Below are positions 15,876-26,248 of a DNA stretch of 64,000 nucleotides, piece after piece. How positions within the stretch are numbered: the stretch's first letter is position 1; the number at the start of each line of letters is the position of its first letter. A program made the position numbers and the translations under genes. The stretch is from an uncultured Acidobacteriaceae bacterium (GTDB lineage Bacteria > Acidobacteriota > Terriglobia > Terriglobales > Acidobacteriaceae), in NCBI GenBank assembly GCA_963821165.1, contig CAWGCQ010000001.1, positions 732,427 to 796,426 of the forward strand. Direction: 5' to 3'. The notes under the pieces were generated by a model. The model was not told where the DNA came from. It ran no database searches and worked only from the letters and a program-made list of their open reading frames with translations.

Positions 15876-16502
15876 TTAACCCCGGCCAATGAGCGCTCCG
15901 AGCCGCTCCGCTACAAAGCCCACCAGCTCCGCCGTGCAATACTCTGGCGCAACGAACTCAAATCGCGGCTTGCGTTCAATCATCCGCAACGACACCCCAC
16001 CCCACCCGTCCTCAAACACCGCGCCCGCCGGCACAATCAGCGCATCCACGCGATCCAGATACCGCAAAGCCGACGCCTTGAAGTCCTTCACCGCCGGATC
16101 CAGCACACTCAGCGACACATCCGGCTGCAGAAACCGCAGCACGCTGTTCGACTCCACAATCACGTTCTCCGACTCCGCCAGCAGCGCGCGCACCCGCGGC
16201 ATCGCTTCGCTCAACTGGCCCTGCCGCGTCCGCACCCAGAACGACCGCGCCGCCCCCGCCGCTAAATATCGCGACGAGTCCGTGCCACTTTGACGGTCGC
16301 GCTCCTCGCTGATCGCAATGGTGTGGTCGGCCGTCTCGCAGTCGCACGGCTCCCCATTGGCCGAGCACACCCCATGCCCAAACTGCGTAATCTTGATCGC
16401 CGTCCATCGCCGCTCAGGCAGCGCAGCAATCAGCCCAGCCACCACGCTGGTCTTGCCGATATTCCGCGTATGCCCGCCCACAACCACAATCGCCACACGC
16501 AC
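15876..16502 (-). CDS. MobB-like P-loop protein with Cys cluster
   Basis: VVVGGHTRNIGKTS, AIKIT, CSANGEPCDC, DSSRYLAAGA, IVESNS. Confidence 0.7.
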   Translation of the reverse strand: MRVAIVVVGGHTRNIGKTSVVAGLIAALPERRWTAIKITQFGHGVCSANGEPCDCETADHTIAISEERDRQSGTDSSRYLAAGAARSFWVRTRQGQLSEAMPRVRALLAESENVIVESNSVLRFLQPDVSLSVLDPAVKDFKASALRYLDRVDALIVPAGAVFEDGWGGVSLRMIERKPRFEFVAPEYCTAELVGFVAERLGALIGRG

Positions 16503-16508
16503 CTCGCA

Positions 16509-16540
16509 CCTAATCCCTGTTCCCTAATCCCTAATCCCTG
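16509..16540 (+). repeat. Heptamer array overlapping the lpxD stop codon
   Basis: cctaat ccctgtt ccctaat ccctaat ccctg. Confidence 0.9.
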
Positions 16541-17466
16541 TCTTTAAGACGCCGCACCCGCGCGATCGTCTTCAGATAATCCTTCAGCGGCTCAGCCGGC
16601 ACGCCCATAAACATCTGCCCCGCCCCCTCCAGTCGCTTACCCGGAAACACACCCGCAGCCCCGCCGAGAATCACTCCCGGCCCAATGTGCACATGGTCGC
16701 CCAACCCCACCTGCCCGGCCAGCACCGCACCATCCTCCACCACGCACGACCCCGAAATCCCCACCTGCGACGCCATCAGGACGTTCTTCCCGATCCTGCA
16801 GTTGTGCCCGATATGCACCTGGTCGTCGATCTTCGTCCCGCGCCCAATGCGCGTCTCGCCCAGCGCCCCGCGATCGATCGTGGTGTTCGCGCCAATCTCG
16901 ACGTCGTCCTCAATCACCAGCCGCCCCTGCTGCGGAAACAGCAGATGCTCTCCCGTCTTCGCATTGCGCGCGTAGCCAAAACCGGTCGCTCCCAACACTG
17001 CGCCAGCCTGCACCACTACCCGACGCCCAATCTCCACGCCGCGCAGAATCACCGCTCCCGCAGCAATCTCCACGTCATCGCCCAGGATGACGTCTGCTTC
17101 CACCACAGCGCGCGCTCCAATCTTCACCCGCGCGCCCACCTTCGCCGACGCATCCACCACCGCCGACGCATGAATCTCACTCTCCGTCCTCACCTCGGCG
17201 AGCACCTTGCCACACAACGCAAACGCGTAGCGCGGATCCTTCACCACCACCAAGCGCGCATCCTGCTTTGGCCCTGCAACGCGCGTCAGGATCAAACCAG
17301 CATCCGTCGCGATCGCAGCCGCAAGCGTGCGCTCATCCTCCGCAAACACAATCGCATCGGGCCCGGCAGACTCGAGCGCCGACACGCGAGAGAGCGTCGC
17401 CGTCGACGTTGTCTCAGCGCCCAACAGCCCCGCAATCTCTGCCGCGCTCAGTGTCTTCGCGCTCAT
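16531..17466 (-). CDS. lpxD: UDP-3-O-acylglucosamine N-acyltransferase
   Basis: Hexapeptide repeats; [36 protein letters not shown]. Confidence 0.95.
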   Translation of the reverse strand: MSAKTLSAAEIAGLLGAETTSTATLSRVSALESAGPDAIVFAEDERTLAAAIATDAGLILTRVAGPKQDARLVVVKDPRYAFALCGKVLAEVRTESEIHASAVVDASAKVGARVKIGARAVVEADVILGDDVEIAAGAVILRGVEIGRRVVVQAGAVLGATGFGYARNAKTGEHLLFPQQGRLVIEDDVEIGANTTIDRGALGETRIGRGTKIDDQVHIGHNCRIGKNVLMASQVGISGSCVVEDGAVLAGQVGLGDHVHIGPGVILGGAAGVFPGKRLEGAGQMFMGVPAEPLKDYLKTIARVRRLKDRD

Positions 17467-18410
17467 CCGTACAGCCGCTCCTCACCCTCGGGCCGCGTCT
17501 TCCAGCGCCGATGCACCCACAGCCACTGCTCGGGATAACGCCGCACATACGCCTCAATGGTCGCCGTAAACAGCGCCGTGTTGGCCAGAATATCGCTCGC
17601 CAGATTACCGGTGCGAATCAGCTCCAGCTCCTTGCCAAAGTGCAGCACATATTTTTTCTCCGCCGCCTCCCACACCAGGAAGCCGGGCAGCACGGCCGCA
17701 CCCGAATGCAGCGCCACGCGCGCCAGGCCCGATGCCGTGCACGCTTCCACTCCAAAGTACGGCACGAAGATCCCCTGCGGCGGCGTCATGTTCGTGTCCA
17801 TCAGGATCCCCACCGTCTCTCCGCGATGCATCGAGCTCAGCAGCCCGCGCGCAAAGTCGTCCTTATGGATCACCCGGTTCCCATGCAGGCACCGAATCCG
17901 GTTCACAAACGCGTCGACCAGCGGGTTATCCAGCCGCCGGATCACCAGCGACATCGGATACCCCATCAGCGAGTGATAAAAGCTCGACAGCTCCCAGGCT
18001 CCCAGGTGGCCGGTCAACACCAGCACGCCCTTGCCCTTCTCCCGCGCAGCAAGGTAATTCTCCAGACCGTCGTAGCGGATGAACTTCGACGCCTGCTCCG
18101 CCGTATATCCGCTCATCTTGCAGAACTCGCCAATCTGCCATCCCAGCGAGCGAAACACGCCGCGCAGAATTGCCTCGCGCTCCGGCTGCGTCTTCTCCGG
18201 CATGGCCAGTTCCAGATTCTGCAGCCCAACGCGGCGCAATCGGCCCAGCAGCACCCACGCGGCTGCACCCAGCGCCGCGCCAACGGCCCTCGCCGCGCGG
18301 CGCGGCAGGATCCCCACCGCTCCGGCCACCAGCTGCAGCGCCAGGTCTTCCAGCCGCTCCCGCAGACTGATCTGCCGCACCGCCACGTTCTGAATCGCAG
18401 TCGCCAACAT
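17463..18410 (-). CDS. Lipid A late acyltransferase (LpxL/HtrB family)
   Basis: [30 protein letters not shown]. Confidence 0.93.
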   Translation of the reverse strand: MLATAIQNVAVRQISLRERLEDLALQLVAGAVGILPRRAARAVGAALGAAAWVLLGRLRRVGLQNLELAMPEKTQPEREAILRGVFRSLGWQIGEFCKMSGYTAEQASKFIRYDGLENYLAAREKGKGVLVLTGHLGAWELSSFYHSLMGYPMSLVIRRLDNPLVDAFVNRIRCLHGNRVIHKDDFARGLLSSMHRGETVGILMDTNMTPPQGIFVPYFGVEACTASGLARVALHSGAAVLPGFLVWEAAEKKYVLHFGKELELIRTGNLASDILANTALFTATIEAYVRRYPEQWLWVHRRWKTRPEGEERLYG

Positions 18411-18461
18411 CCCTAAGTGTACGCAACTTCGACAAGAATCTGCGCGTCACGCGACGCTCGC

Positions 18462-18493
18462 AAAGAAAGAGGGACGGCCTGAGCCGTCCCTCT
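18462..18493 (-). terminator. Rho-independent terminator of the SYLF gene
   Basis: Stem agagggacggc/gccgtccctct followed on the minus strand by a T-rich tail. Confidence 0.75.
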
Positions 18494-18516
18494 GCATACC
18501 GCAAGTGATTGCTGGT

Positions 18517-19212
18517 TTAGTGGTTATCTTTCGAAACCACAAAGTAGCGAGCTACCGTATGGACAAACGCACGCGCATTCTCCGGCGTCGGAACGCCGCC
18601 GCTCAGCACCTCGCGGAAAGGAACGTCAGAGCCGTACTCGGTTCTCGTATCATCCGAATTCTGTGACAGGACAGTGCCGTCCAGATCGATACCTGCAAAC
18701 AGTCCCTTGGTGCGCGAGTACGAGAGGAACTCCGCACTGAGCTTCCAATCGGTTCCAGCCTGTGCATTCCGCCCAACCGGTCCGGCCGCTGCCGATGCGT
18801 CCGCGCCCAGCTTGAACTTGTTCTTCAGCATGTCCTGAAGTCCGTGCTGGTTCATCGCCACCAGTACCAGGTCAGTGGATTGGCCACCAATCTGCCACCC
18901 AAAGCTGCCCCCCGTCAGTTGCACGAACACCGGCGCGCTCCATCCACGCGGCGTGCGGCAGGTCGCAACACCCTGTCCATACTGGGCGCCAAAGATGAAC
19001 GCGCCCTTCTTGTAGGCTGGGATCACCACCACACAAGAAGCTCCAGCCAGGATCGACTGCGGAATCGCTTTATCCGGAGTGGCCATCACTTCCTGAATCA
19101 CCTGTGTAGCTGACGCCAGCCGGTCGTCCAACTTGCCCTTGTCCTGAGCCTGAACAGACGCCACGCCCAAGAACATTGCCATACCACACAGAACTCCAAT
19201 AACCTTTTTCAT
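18517..19212 (-). CDS. Secreted lipid-binding SYLF (Ysc84) domain protein
   Basis: Signal peptide; KGAFIFG..YG.G, GGSFGWQIGG..TD, AAAGPVGR, YSRTKGLFAG. Confidence 0.92.
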   Translation of the reverse strand: MKKVIGVLCGMAMFLGVASVQAQDKGKLDDRLASATQVIQEVMATPDKAIPQSILAGASCVVVIPAYKKGAFIFGAQYGQGVATCRTPRGWSAPVFVQLTGGSFGWQIGGQSTDLVLVAMNQHGLQDMLKNKFKLGADASAAAGPVGRNAQAGTDWKLSAEFLSYSRTKGLFAGIDLDGTVLSQNSDDTRTEYGSDVPFREVLSGGVPTPENARAFVHTVARYFVVSKDNH

Positions 19213-19331
19213 TTAAACCTTTCGTACTAAACCAATTTGGGCTGAAGGACATATCGTCCTTTTTACCCCGATCCATGTGATGGATGCCATCCCCCTCAGG
19301 TTGTACCCCACCCCGAAGCGGCCCGGAAAGC

Positions 19332-19382
19332 AAAAAAAGTGGGTTGCGAAAGTGCGCTTATCAGCAGCAACTTTCGCAACCC
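19332..19382 (-). terminator. Terminator-like hairpin downstream of the response regulator
   Basis: gggttgcgaaagt...actttcgcaaccc stem next to an A7 run on + (T7 on -). Confidence 0.6.
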
Positions 19383-19531
19383 TATTCTCCCAGGTTTGTA
19401 CTGCATTCACTATGCACCATTACGTTCGCAGGTTACAAGAGTACCTAGTAATGTAGACCTACGATTGTTACTAAAGGTTTACGCCCAAACTTTCCCTGCA
19501 GAATCGGCGTTCCGCCGTCTGTAGCGGTAAC

Positions 19532-20197
19532 TTACTCTTCGTCTTCGTCTTTCTCTTCCATCGCTCGCAGCGTAAGCTCCACCCGGTTCTTCGCCCGGGT
19601 CTTGCGCAGCATCCTTCCCAGGTGCGCCTTCACGGTGGCCTGCTCAATTCCCATGGCCGCCGCAATCTCTCGATTGGACCGCCCATTCATCAACAAGTGC
19701 AGCACTTCACGCTCGCGCCCAGTGATCATCTGTTCAATGGACTCGTGCTGCGCAGGTGGCGGTGCCAGGCCTTCGGCCCCTGCCGTTCCGGCCTCCACCA
19801 GCCTCGCCAATACCTTGCGCGGCGCCCAGATGGAGCCGTCCAGCACGATCTCGATGGCCATGCTGATCTCGCTCACGCCGGCACTGCGTAGCAGAAAACC
19901 CTTCGCACCCGCCCCGATCACGGCCTGTATCTGGTCCGGCGTCAGCGGTTCGCCCATCACCACCGGCTTCAACGACGGCCGCTCTCTGCGAATATGCATG
20001 ATCGTGTGAAGAATCGCGTCCAGCGGCTCCTGCAGGTCCAGCAGAACCAGGTCGACATTCTCCACGGTACACACTTCGTCCAGCTTCAGGGGAAACGCCT
20101 CGACGCCGGCGGTTTCCTCAAGGATGGCCACCAACCCCATCGAACGCAGGGAATCCGCCGCTACTACACCGATATTCGCTTTCGTATCATTCGTCAC
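19532..20197 (-). CDS. NarL/LuxR family response regulator (atypical receiver)
   Basis: Receiver-like N-terminus (LVLLDL, GAKGFL); LuxR HTH ITGREREVL..G.SNREIA..TVKAH. Confidence 0.9.
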   Translation of the reverse strand: MTNDTKANIGVVAADSLRSMGLVAILEETAGVEAFPLKLDEVCTVENVDLVLLDLQEPLDAILHTIMHIRRERPSLKPVVMGEPLTPDQIQAVIGAGAKGFLLRSAGVSEISMAIEIVLDGSIWAPRKVLARLVEAGTAGAEGLAPPPAQHESIEQMITGREREVLHLLMNGRSNREIAAAMGIEQATVKAHLGRMLRKTRAKNRVELTLRAMEEKDEDEE

Positions 20198-20377
20198 GAG
20201 CTGCGATTCTCATTACGCCGGTGATCGGTCTTTCTGACGCCGTCCGGCGGTGTTTGGATGTTCGCCCAGCAGTCCTTCTTCACTCGTCCAGCAGTCCGAA
20301 TTTACTTCTCCAGAAGCAGGAATTCAATCGCCCAGCAGGCCCGACTCCATCATCGATTCCATCGTCCAGCTACCGTC

Positions 20378-20932
20378 CTACAACTTCGGCAAGACAATCC
20401 CCTGCTGCTTCTGATACTTGCCCTTGCGATCTCCATAGCTTACCTCGCATACCTGATCGCTCTGGAAGAATAGTATCTGGCACAGGCCTTCATTGGCATA
20501 GATGCGCGCCGGCAGCGGCGTCGTATTCGAAATCTCCAGCGTGACAAATCCCTCCCACTCCGGCTCAAAGGGCGTCACATTCACAATAATCCCACAGCGC
20601 GCATAGGTGCTCTTGCCCACGCAGATCGTCAGCACATCGCGCGGAATCCGGAAGTATTCCACGGACCGCGCCAGCGCAAAGCTGTTCGGCGGAACAATGA
20701 TGCTGTCCGCCTCCACCGACACAAACGAGCGCTCGTCAAAATTCTTGGGATCGATGATCGCGCTATTTACGTTGGTGAAAATCTTGAACTCATTCGAGAC
20801 CCTGAGATCGTACCCGTAGGACGACAGCCCGTAGGAAATCACACCCTCGCGCACCTGCTTCTCGCTGAACGGCTCAATCATCTTGTGTTCGACAGCCTGC
20901 TGGCGAATCCATGTATCGCTCTTAATCGACAT
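20378..20932 (-). CDS. dcd: dCTP deaminase
   Basis: [37 protein letters not shown]. Confidence 0.97.
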   Translation of the reverse strand: MSIKSDTWIRQQAVEHKMIEPFSEKQVREGVISYGLSSYGYDLRVSNEFKIFTNVNSAIIDPKNFDERSFVSVEADSIIVPPNSFALARSVEYFRIPRDVLTICVGKSTYARCGIIVNVTPFEPEWEGFVTLEISNTTPLPARIYANEGLCQILFFQSDQVCEVSYGDRKGKYQKQQGIVLPKL

Positions 20933-21170
20933 CTCGTACCCACGGCTGCGGCCCGGTTTGGCCGCGCACAAACCTTTCGCTCGGATATTGCGTCTCTACG
21001 AGCGTATCGCAAACTGCGACGTATACCGCACCTTCGTGTCAAGATTTCGGTTACCTGACCTGAGGAAAAATTGACAACCAAATCCGGGCTTTCTACCATC
21101 GCAGTGTAGGCTGTAAGACAGTCAGACACCGCCCACAATGTGGGACTTGAGCACAGGAAGGCGACATCCA

Positions 21171-21440
21171 TTGATCAAGCAGGACCTAATCCAGCGGGTA
21201 GTTGAGCGCACCGGCCTTCCACGGACCAAGGCAGAATCCGCCGTGGACGCGATCTTTGAAGCGATGAAGAACGCCCTCGGCGGGAGCGATCGTATCGAAC
21301 TCCGCGGCTTTGGCGTCTTCACCGTCAAGCCACGCAAAACCGGCGTCGGACGTAATCCGCGCACCGGCACCGAGGTCACCATTACGCCCGGCAAGGCCGT
21401 CCGTTTCAAGCCGGGCAAGGATCTCCAGGCGCTCGGCTAG
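21171..21440 (+). CDS. HU/IHF family DNA-binding protein (TTG start)
   Basis: IELRGFGVF, GRNPRTG, VRFKPGK; AGGAAGG RBS. Confidence 0.95.
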   Translation: MIKQDLIQRVVERTGLPRTKAESAVDAIFEAMKNALGGSDRIELRGFGVFTVKPRKTGVGRNPRTGTEVTITPGKAVRFKPGKDLQALG

Positions 21441-21552
21441 AAATCAGCGTCCAGGGAAATTCAGGGCCGAGGGCCCAGGTGAGCCCGCGCCCGTTCCTCC
21501 ACCGACCTCCACCCTCCATCATGTCCCCGAAGTGCTGCACCCTGCGCCGTTA

Positions 21553-21585
21553 CCCTGGACCCTGAGCCCTGGGCCCTGAGCCCTG
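21553..21585 (+). repeat. Heptamer array (CCCTGGA/CCCTGAG/CCCTGGG)
   Basis: ccctgga ccctgag ccctggg ccctgag ccctg; partly complementary to 21462-21479, so it may form a stem between convergent genes. Confidence 0.88.
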
Positions 21586-21589
21586 CTCC

Positions 21590-24199
21590 TCACATCAAGT
21601 GCATCGGGTCGACATCCACCACCACCGACCGCCGCGGAATCTCCTCGCGATCCACCACCGCCAGCATCTCCCGCAGCGCCGCCCCCAACACATCCCGCCG
21701 ATCCGACTTCAGCACCAGGTGGTACCGATAGATTCTCTTCAGCCGCGAGTTCGGCGCCGCCGCCGGCCCCAGCACCCGCACCCCCTCCAGCTTGCGCGCC
21801 TGCAGCCAGCGCCCCAGCTTCGTGGACCACTCCAGCACCTCTTCCAGCCGCTCGCTCTGAATAATCACGTTGGCCAGCACACTGAACGGCGGATACCGCA
21901 TCGCCCGCCGAAAATACAGCTCGCGCGCGGCGAATCCGGTGTAGTCGTGCTCCCGCGCAAACTGGTTCACATAGTGATCCGGCTGGTACGTCTGCACCAG
22001 CACCTTTCCCGGCAACTCCCCACGCCCCGCCCTCCCGCTCACCTGCGTCAGCAGCTGAAACACCCGCTCCGCCGCGCGAAAGTCCGGCAACCCCAGCGCA
22101 AAATCCGCGCCCACCACCCCCACCAGCGTCACGCCATGAATGTCATGCCCCTTGGCGATCATCTGCGTGCCCACCAACAGATTAATCTCGCCCGAGTGCA
22201 GCCGCCCCAGCAGCCGCTCCATGTCCCCGCGCGAGCGCACGGTATCGCGATCCATCCGCCCAATCCGCGCCCCCGGAAACAGCTCCTGCAGCCGCTCCTC
22301 CCCCTGCTCCGACCCCGCCCCCAGGTAGTACAAATGCTCGCTCTGACACTTCGGACAAGCCTTAGGCACCGTCCTCCGATACCCGCAGTAATGGCACTCC
22401 AGCCGCTGCCCAACGCGAGCCACATCGCCTTCTGAACCCTGGGCCCTGGGCCCTGGGCCCTCGTTCTTGTGATACGTCAGCGAGATCGCGCAGTTCTCGC
22501 ACTCCAACTTTTCGCCACAGCTCCTGCACATCACCACAAAGCTGTAGCCGCGCCGGTTGATCAGGATCACCACCTGCTCGCCGCGATCGATCGTAGCCTG
22601 CGTCTCCTCAATCAGCCGCCGCGAGAAAAGCTGCTCCTGCCCGGTCTCGCGGAACTCCTCGCGCATATCAATCATCTCGACCTTCGGCAGCGGCCGCGCC
22701 TGCACGCGCTCCCGAATCTCCACCCGCGCATACCGCCCGCGCTCCGCATTCTGCCAGCTCTCCAAGGACGGCGTGGCCGACCCCAGCACCACAGTGCACC
22801 CCAGCAACTTCCCACGCATCACCGCCACATCTCTCCCGTGATACCGCGGCGTCTCCTCCTGCTTGTAACTCCCGTCATGCTCTTCATCGACAAGAATCAA
22901 CCCGAGCTTCGGCATCGGCGCAAACACCGCCGAGCGCGTCCCAATCACCACCCGCGCCTCACCTCTCCGAATGCGATGCCACTGCTCGGCGCGCTCATCC
23001 GGCGTCAACTGCGAGTGCAGCAGCGCGACCTCGCCGCCGAACGCCGCCACCATCTGCGCCGCAGTCCCCGGCGTCAGCCCAATCTCCGGCACCAGCAGCA
23101 GCGCGCTCTTTCCCGCAGCCAGCGCCCGCTGCATTGCCGCGACATACACGGCAGTCTTCCCACTCCCCGTAATCCCATACAGCAGCAGCGCTTGAAGACC
23201 CCCCGCGTTGCCATTGCTTTTCTTGCTGTCATTCCCTTCGGGAATCTGCTTCTCCTGCACTCCCATCGCCGCGACAATGTCCGCCAGCGCCGCCATCTGC
23301 GCCTCATTCAGCACATGCTCATGCGCAAACTTCTTGCCCTCCTGCGTCAGGCCCGTCACATGGAACGCCTGCGCCGTCTCCTCCAGCCGCACCAGCCCAC
23401 GCTTCACCAGCGTCCCCAACGTCGAGTCCGGCACCCCCCGCGCCCCCATCCTTCCGCGCAACTCCCGCACCAGCTCCCGCCCCCCACACCCAGCCAGCTC
23501 CGCCATCACCGCAAGCTGATTCTCATTCAACTTCGGCAGCCTTTTGCCAGCCGCCTCGCCTTCTGGGCCCTGGGCCCTGGACCCTGGACCCTCTTCCAAC
23601 ACCGCCACCATCTCCACCCTCCGAGCATCCCTCACCTCCGCCAGCGGCTCCCGCACCAGCCAGCGCTTCTTCGCCATCGCATCCAGCAGCGCCTTGTTCG
23701 CGCCCGTCGCGCTGCGAATCGTGGCCGTCTTCCCCGCCTCGCCACTCTCCAGATAATTCAGCACCGCATACTCGCGATTCTGATCTTCCACGCTGAGCTT
23801 CGATCGCCGCGACGACCCCTTCGCCGCGCCCTCATACAGCACCTTCCGTCCCTGCTCGGCAATCCGATACACCCACTGCCGCCGCACCTCCGCGGTCAGC
23901 GGCATCATCCCGCGCAGCACCTCGCCCAGCGGAGCGCAGTAGTACGCCGCCACCCACTTGCCAAGCTCCATCAGCTCACCGGGAAGCAGCGCCTCCTCAT
24001 CCATCACCTGCTGAACGCGCTTCACTTCGACGTCATCGCCCGGATCCACATCATGCAGCCCGACCACCACGCCCACCAGCCGCTGCCCGCCAAACGGCAC
24101 CATCACCCGCGCGCCCACCTCCGCCTCAAGCTCCCCCAGCTCGTACGTAAAGGCCCGGTCCAGCGGCACCGGCAGCGCGACATCGCAATACACACTCAC
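21590..24199 (-). CDS. priA: Replication restart helicase PriA, with repeat-derived insertions
   Basis: GITGSGKT, LVPEIGLT, GTRSA, DEEH, SATPS, CxxC zinc modules, GTQMIAKGHD, QVSGRAGR. Confidence 0.97.
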   Translation of the reverse strand: MSVYCDVALPVPLDRAFTYELGELEAEVGARVMVPFGGQRLVGVVVGLHDVDPGDDVEVKRVQQVMDEEALLPGELMELGKWVAAYYCAPLGEVLRGMMPLTAEVRRQWVYRIAEQGRKVLYEGAAKGSSRRSKLSVEDQNREYAVLNYLESGEAGKTATIRSATGANKALLDAMAKKRWLVREPLAEVRDARRVEMVAVLEEGPGSRAQGPEGEAAGKRLPKLNENQLAVMAELAGCGGRELVRELRGRMGARGVPDSTLGTLVKRGLVRLEETAQAFHVTGLTQEGKKFAHEHVLNEAQMAALADIVAAMGVQEKQIPEGNDSKKSNGNAGGLQALLLYGITGSGKTAVYVAAMQRALAAGKSALLLVPEIGLTPGTAAQMVAAFGGEVALLHSQLTPDERAEQWHRIRRGEARVVIGTRSAVFAPMPKLGLILVDEEHDGSYKQEETPRYHGRDVAVMRGKLLGCTVVLGSATPSLESWQNAERGRYARVEIRERVQARPLPKVEMIDMREEFRETGQEQLFSRRLIEETQATIDRGEQVVILINRRGYSFVVMCRSCGEKLECENCAISLTYHKNEGPGPRAQGSEGDVARVGQRLECHYCGYRRTVPKACPKCQSEHLYYLGAGSEQGEERLQELFPGARIGRMDRDTVRSRGDMERLLGRLHSGEINLLVGTQMIAKGHDIHGVTLVGVVGADFALGLPDFRAAERVFQLLTQVSGRAGRGELPGKVLVQTYQPDHYVNQFAREHDYTGFAARELYFRRAMRYPPFSVLANVIIQSERLEEVLEWSTKLGRWLQARKLEGVRVLGPAAAPNSRLKRIYRYHLVLKSDRRDVLGAALREMLAVVDREEIPRRSVVVDVDPMHLM

Positions 24200-24208
24200 C
24201 CCACCAGC

Positions 24209-25180
24209 TTATCGGTCAGAAGCCTGTGGCAATTCCGGCTGCGCCTTGAGCTCTCTCTGCAGCCGCTTCAACTCCTTCGCCGCAGCCTTCTTGTCCTCGA
24301 TCAGCCCCGCCACCCTCCCCGCCAAATCCGCAGGCCCAACGCTCAGCAGCGCCCCCAACTCCCTTAGCCGCGCATAGTCTTTCCCCGCGGCCCGCACCGC
24401 GCGCAGCCCGCAGCAGAACTCCACCCGCTGCCCCTGCTTCACCTTCTCCACGCGCCGCACCAGCAGCCCACCAATCGCGCCCGTAGACCCCACATGCGTC
24501 CCGCCGCACGCGTTGAACTCTACACCTTCCATCTCGACAATCCTCATCCGCCCCGCACGTTCCGGCAACTTCCGCAGTTCTCCGCGAGCCAACATACCCT
24601 CAGCCTCCTCACGCGAAACCCACCGAGGCCGCACCGCGCGATCCTCGTAGATCAACCGATTCGCCGCAGCCTCCACCGCGCGCAACTCCTCCTCGCTCAC
24701 CTTCTCCACAGCCAGATCGATCGTCACAGAATCCGCGCCCAGATGAAACGAAACCGTCGCCGCCCCAAGCTCCTGCAAAAACATCGCCGACAACAAATGC
24801 TGCCCCGTATGCTGCTGCGCATGATCCATCCGCCGATCCGCATCCACGCGTCCCACAATCTCCGTCCCCTCCGGCAGCGGCTTGCGCACATAATGCCAAA
24901 CCTCGCCCGCCTCATCCTCCTCCACGCGCTCCACCGACACCTCAAGTACCGCGCCGCTCTTCGCCGTAGCCACCAGCGCGCCCGTATCCCAGGGCTGTCC
25001 TCCGCCGACCGGATAAAACGCCGTCCGATCCAGCGCCACCTGCCACACCTGTTCCTTCTGCCCACTCTCCCCCATAGCGTGCGAGTCCAGCCGAACGTCC
25101 GTCACCACCGCGCGAAACTCCAGCGCCTCCGCTGCGTCGCCATCGTAATACAACCTCTCCGCTACCGAACCAACCGCCAC
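24209..25180 (-). CDS. Alanyl-tRNA editing protein (AlaX-like)
   Basis: LDRTAFYP.GGGQP.D, QQHTGQHLLS, ACGGTHV. Confidence 0.92.
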   Translation of the reverse strand: MAVGSVAERLYYDGDAAEALEFRAVVTDVRLDSHAMGESGQKEQVWQVALDRTAFYPVGGGQPWDTGALVATAKSGAVLEVSVERVEEDEAGEVWHYVRKPLPEGTEIVGRVDADRRMDHAQQHTGQHLLSAMFLQELGAATVSFHLGADSVTIDLAVEKVSEEELRAVEAAANRLIYEDRAVRPRWVSREEAEGMLARGELRKLPERAGRMRIVEMEGVEFNACGGTHVGSTGAIGGLLVRRVEKVKQGQRVEFCCGLRAVRAAGKDYARLRELGALLSVGPADLAGRVAGLIEDKKAAAKELKRLQRELKAQPELPQASDR

Positions 25181-26196
25181 TACTCCACCTCTTCCGCCGT
25201 CTTCAGCACGGCCTTACGCAACGCCTCCACCTCGCACCGGCTGCCAATCACCAGCGGCGTTCGATCATGAATCCCGGCAGCCTTCACCTCCAGGATCCGT
25301 ATCTCTCCGTTCACGGCAGCGCCGCCCGCCTGCTCCGCCACCATCGCCAGCGGATACGCCTCATACAGCAGCCGCAACTTGCCCTGCGGCGCGTTCTTGG
25401 TCGGCGGATACAGAAACACGCCACCCTTCAGCAGCGTGCGATGAAAGTCCGCCACCAGGCTTCCGATATACCGCGCCCCATACTCGCGTGCGCCCAGCTC
25501 GCCCCGCATCAGGCTATCCAGAAACTCCCGATAAACCTCTGGCCAGCTCGCCGCATTGGCCTGGTTAGCCGAGTAATACGGCCCCTGCTCGGGCATCGTC
25601 ATCCCCTCGCCCGTCAGCACAAACCTGTCTTCCTCATTCAGCGTAAACGCCGCCACCCCCTGCCCCAGCGTCATCACCATCACGGCCGACGGCCCATACA
25701 GCACATACCCTGCCGCCACCTGCTCGGTTCCCTTCCGCAGCACCGACGCAACCACGTCCCCCACCCTCCGCACCACGCTGAAGATCGTCCCCACATTCAC
25801 ATTCACATCAATATTCGACGACCCATCCAGAGGATCGAACACCACCACAAACTGCGCGTCCGATTGCGGATCACCGCGCTCAAACACCACCGGCCCTTCA
25901 TCCTCTTCGCTCACGATCGCCGCGACCCACGCAACCTCGCGCAGCACCTCGGTCAACAACTCATTGGCAAACACGTCCAGCTTCTGCTGCTGCTCCCCCT
26001 GGACATTCACCGCGCCCGCCGCACCATACACATCGTTCAGCCCGGCCAGCCGAATCTTTCGCTCAATCTGCCGTGCCGCCGCAGCGATCGCGCCAAACAC
26101 ATCTGCCAGCTCCCCGCTCGCCCTCGATGCCACGTAGTCTTCCACCGTTACCAGGCTGGTCCCGGTCTCTTCGGTCATCGTCGATTGGCTGGTCAT
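25180..26196 (-). CDS. fbp: Class 1 fructose-1,6-bisphosphatase
   Basis: NVQGE.QQKLD, SEE, FDPLDGSSN, RYIGSLVADFHR, KLRLLYE. Confidence 0.95.
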   Translation of the reverse strand: MTSQSTMTEETGTSLVTVEDYVASRASGELADVFGAIAAAARQIERKIRLAGLNDVYGAAGAVNVQGEQQQKLDVFANELLTEVLREVAWVAAIVSEEDEGPVVFERGDPQSDAQFVVVFDPLDGSSNIDVNVNVGTIFSVVRRVGDVVASVLRKGTEQVAAGYVLYGPSAVMVMTLGQGVAAFTLNEEDRFVLTGEGMTMPEQGPYYSANQANAASWPEVYREFLDSLMRGELGAREYGARYIGSLVADFHRTLLKGGVFLYPPTKNAPQGKLRLLYEAYPLAMVAEQAGGAAVNGEIRILEVKAAGIHDRTPLVIGSRCEVEALRKAVLKTAEEVE

Positions 26197-26248
26197 CTGC
26201 TTAGCCCTCACTTCCCTGCAAACTCTCTCTACAGCCTACAATCTCCTC

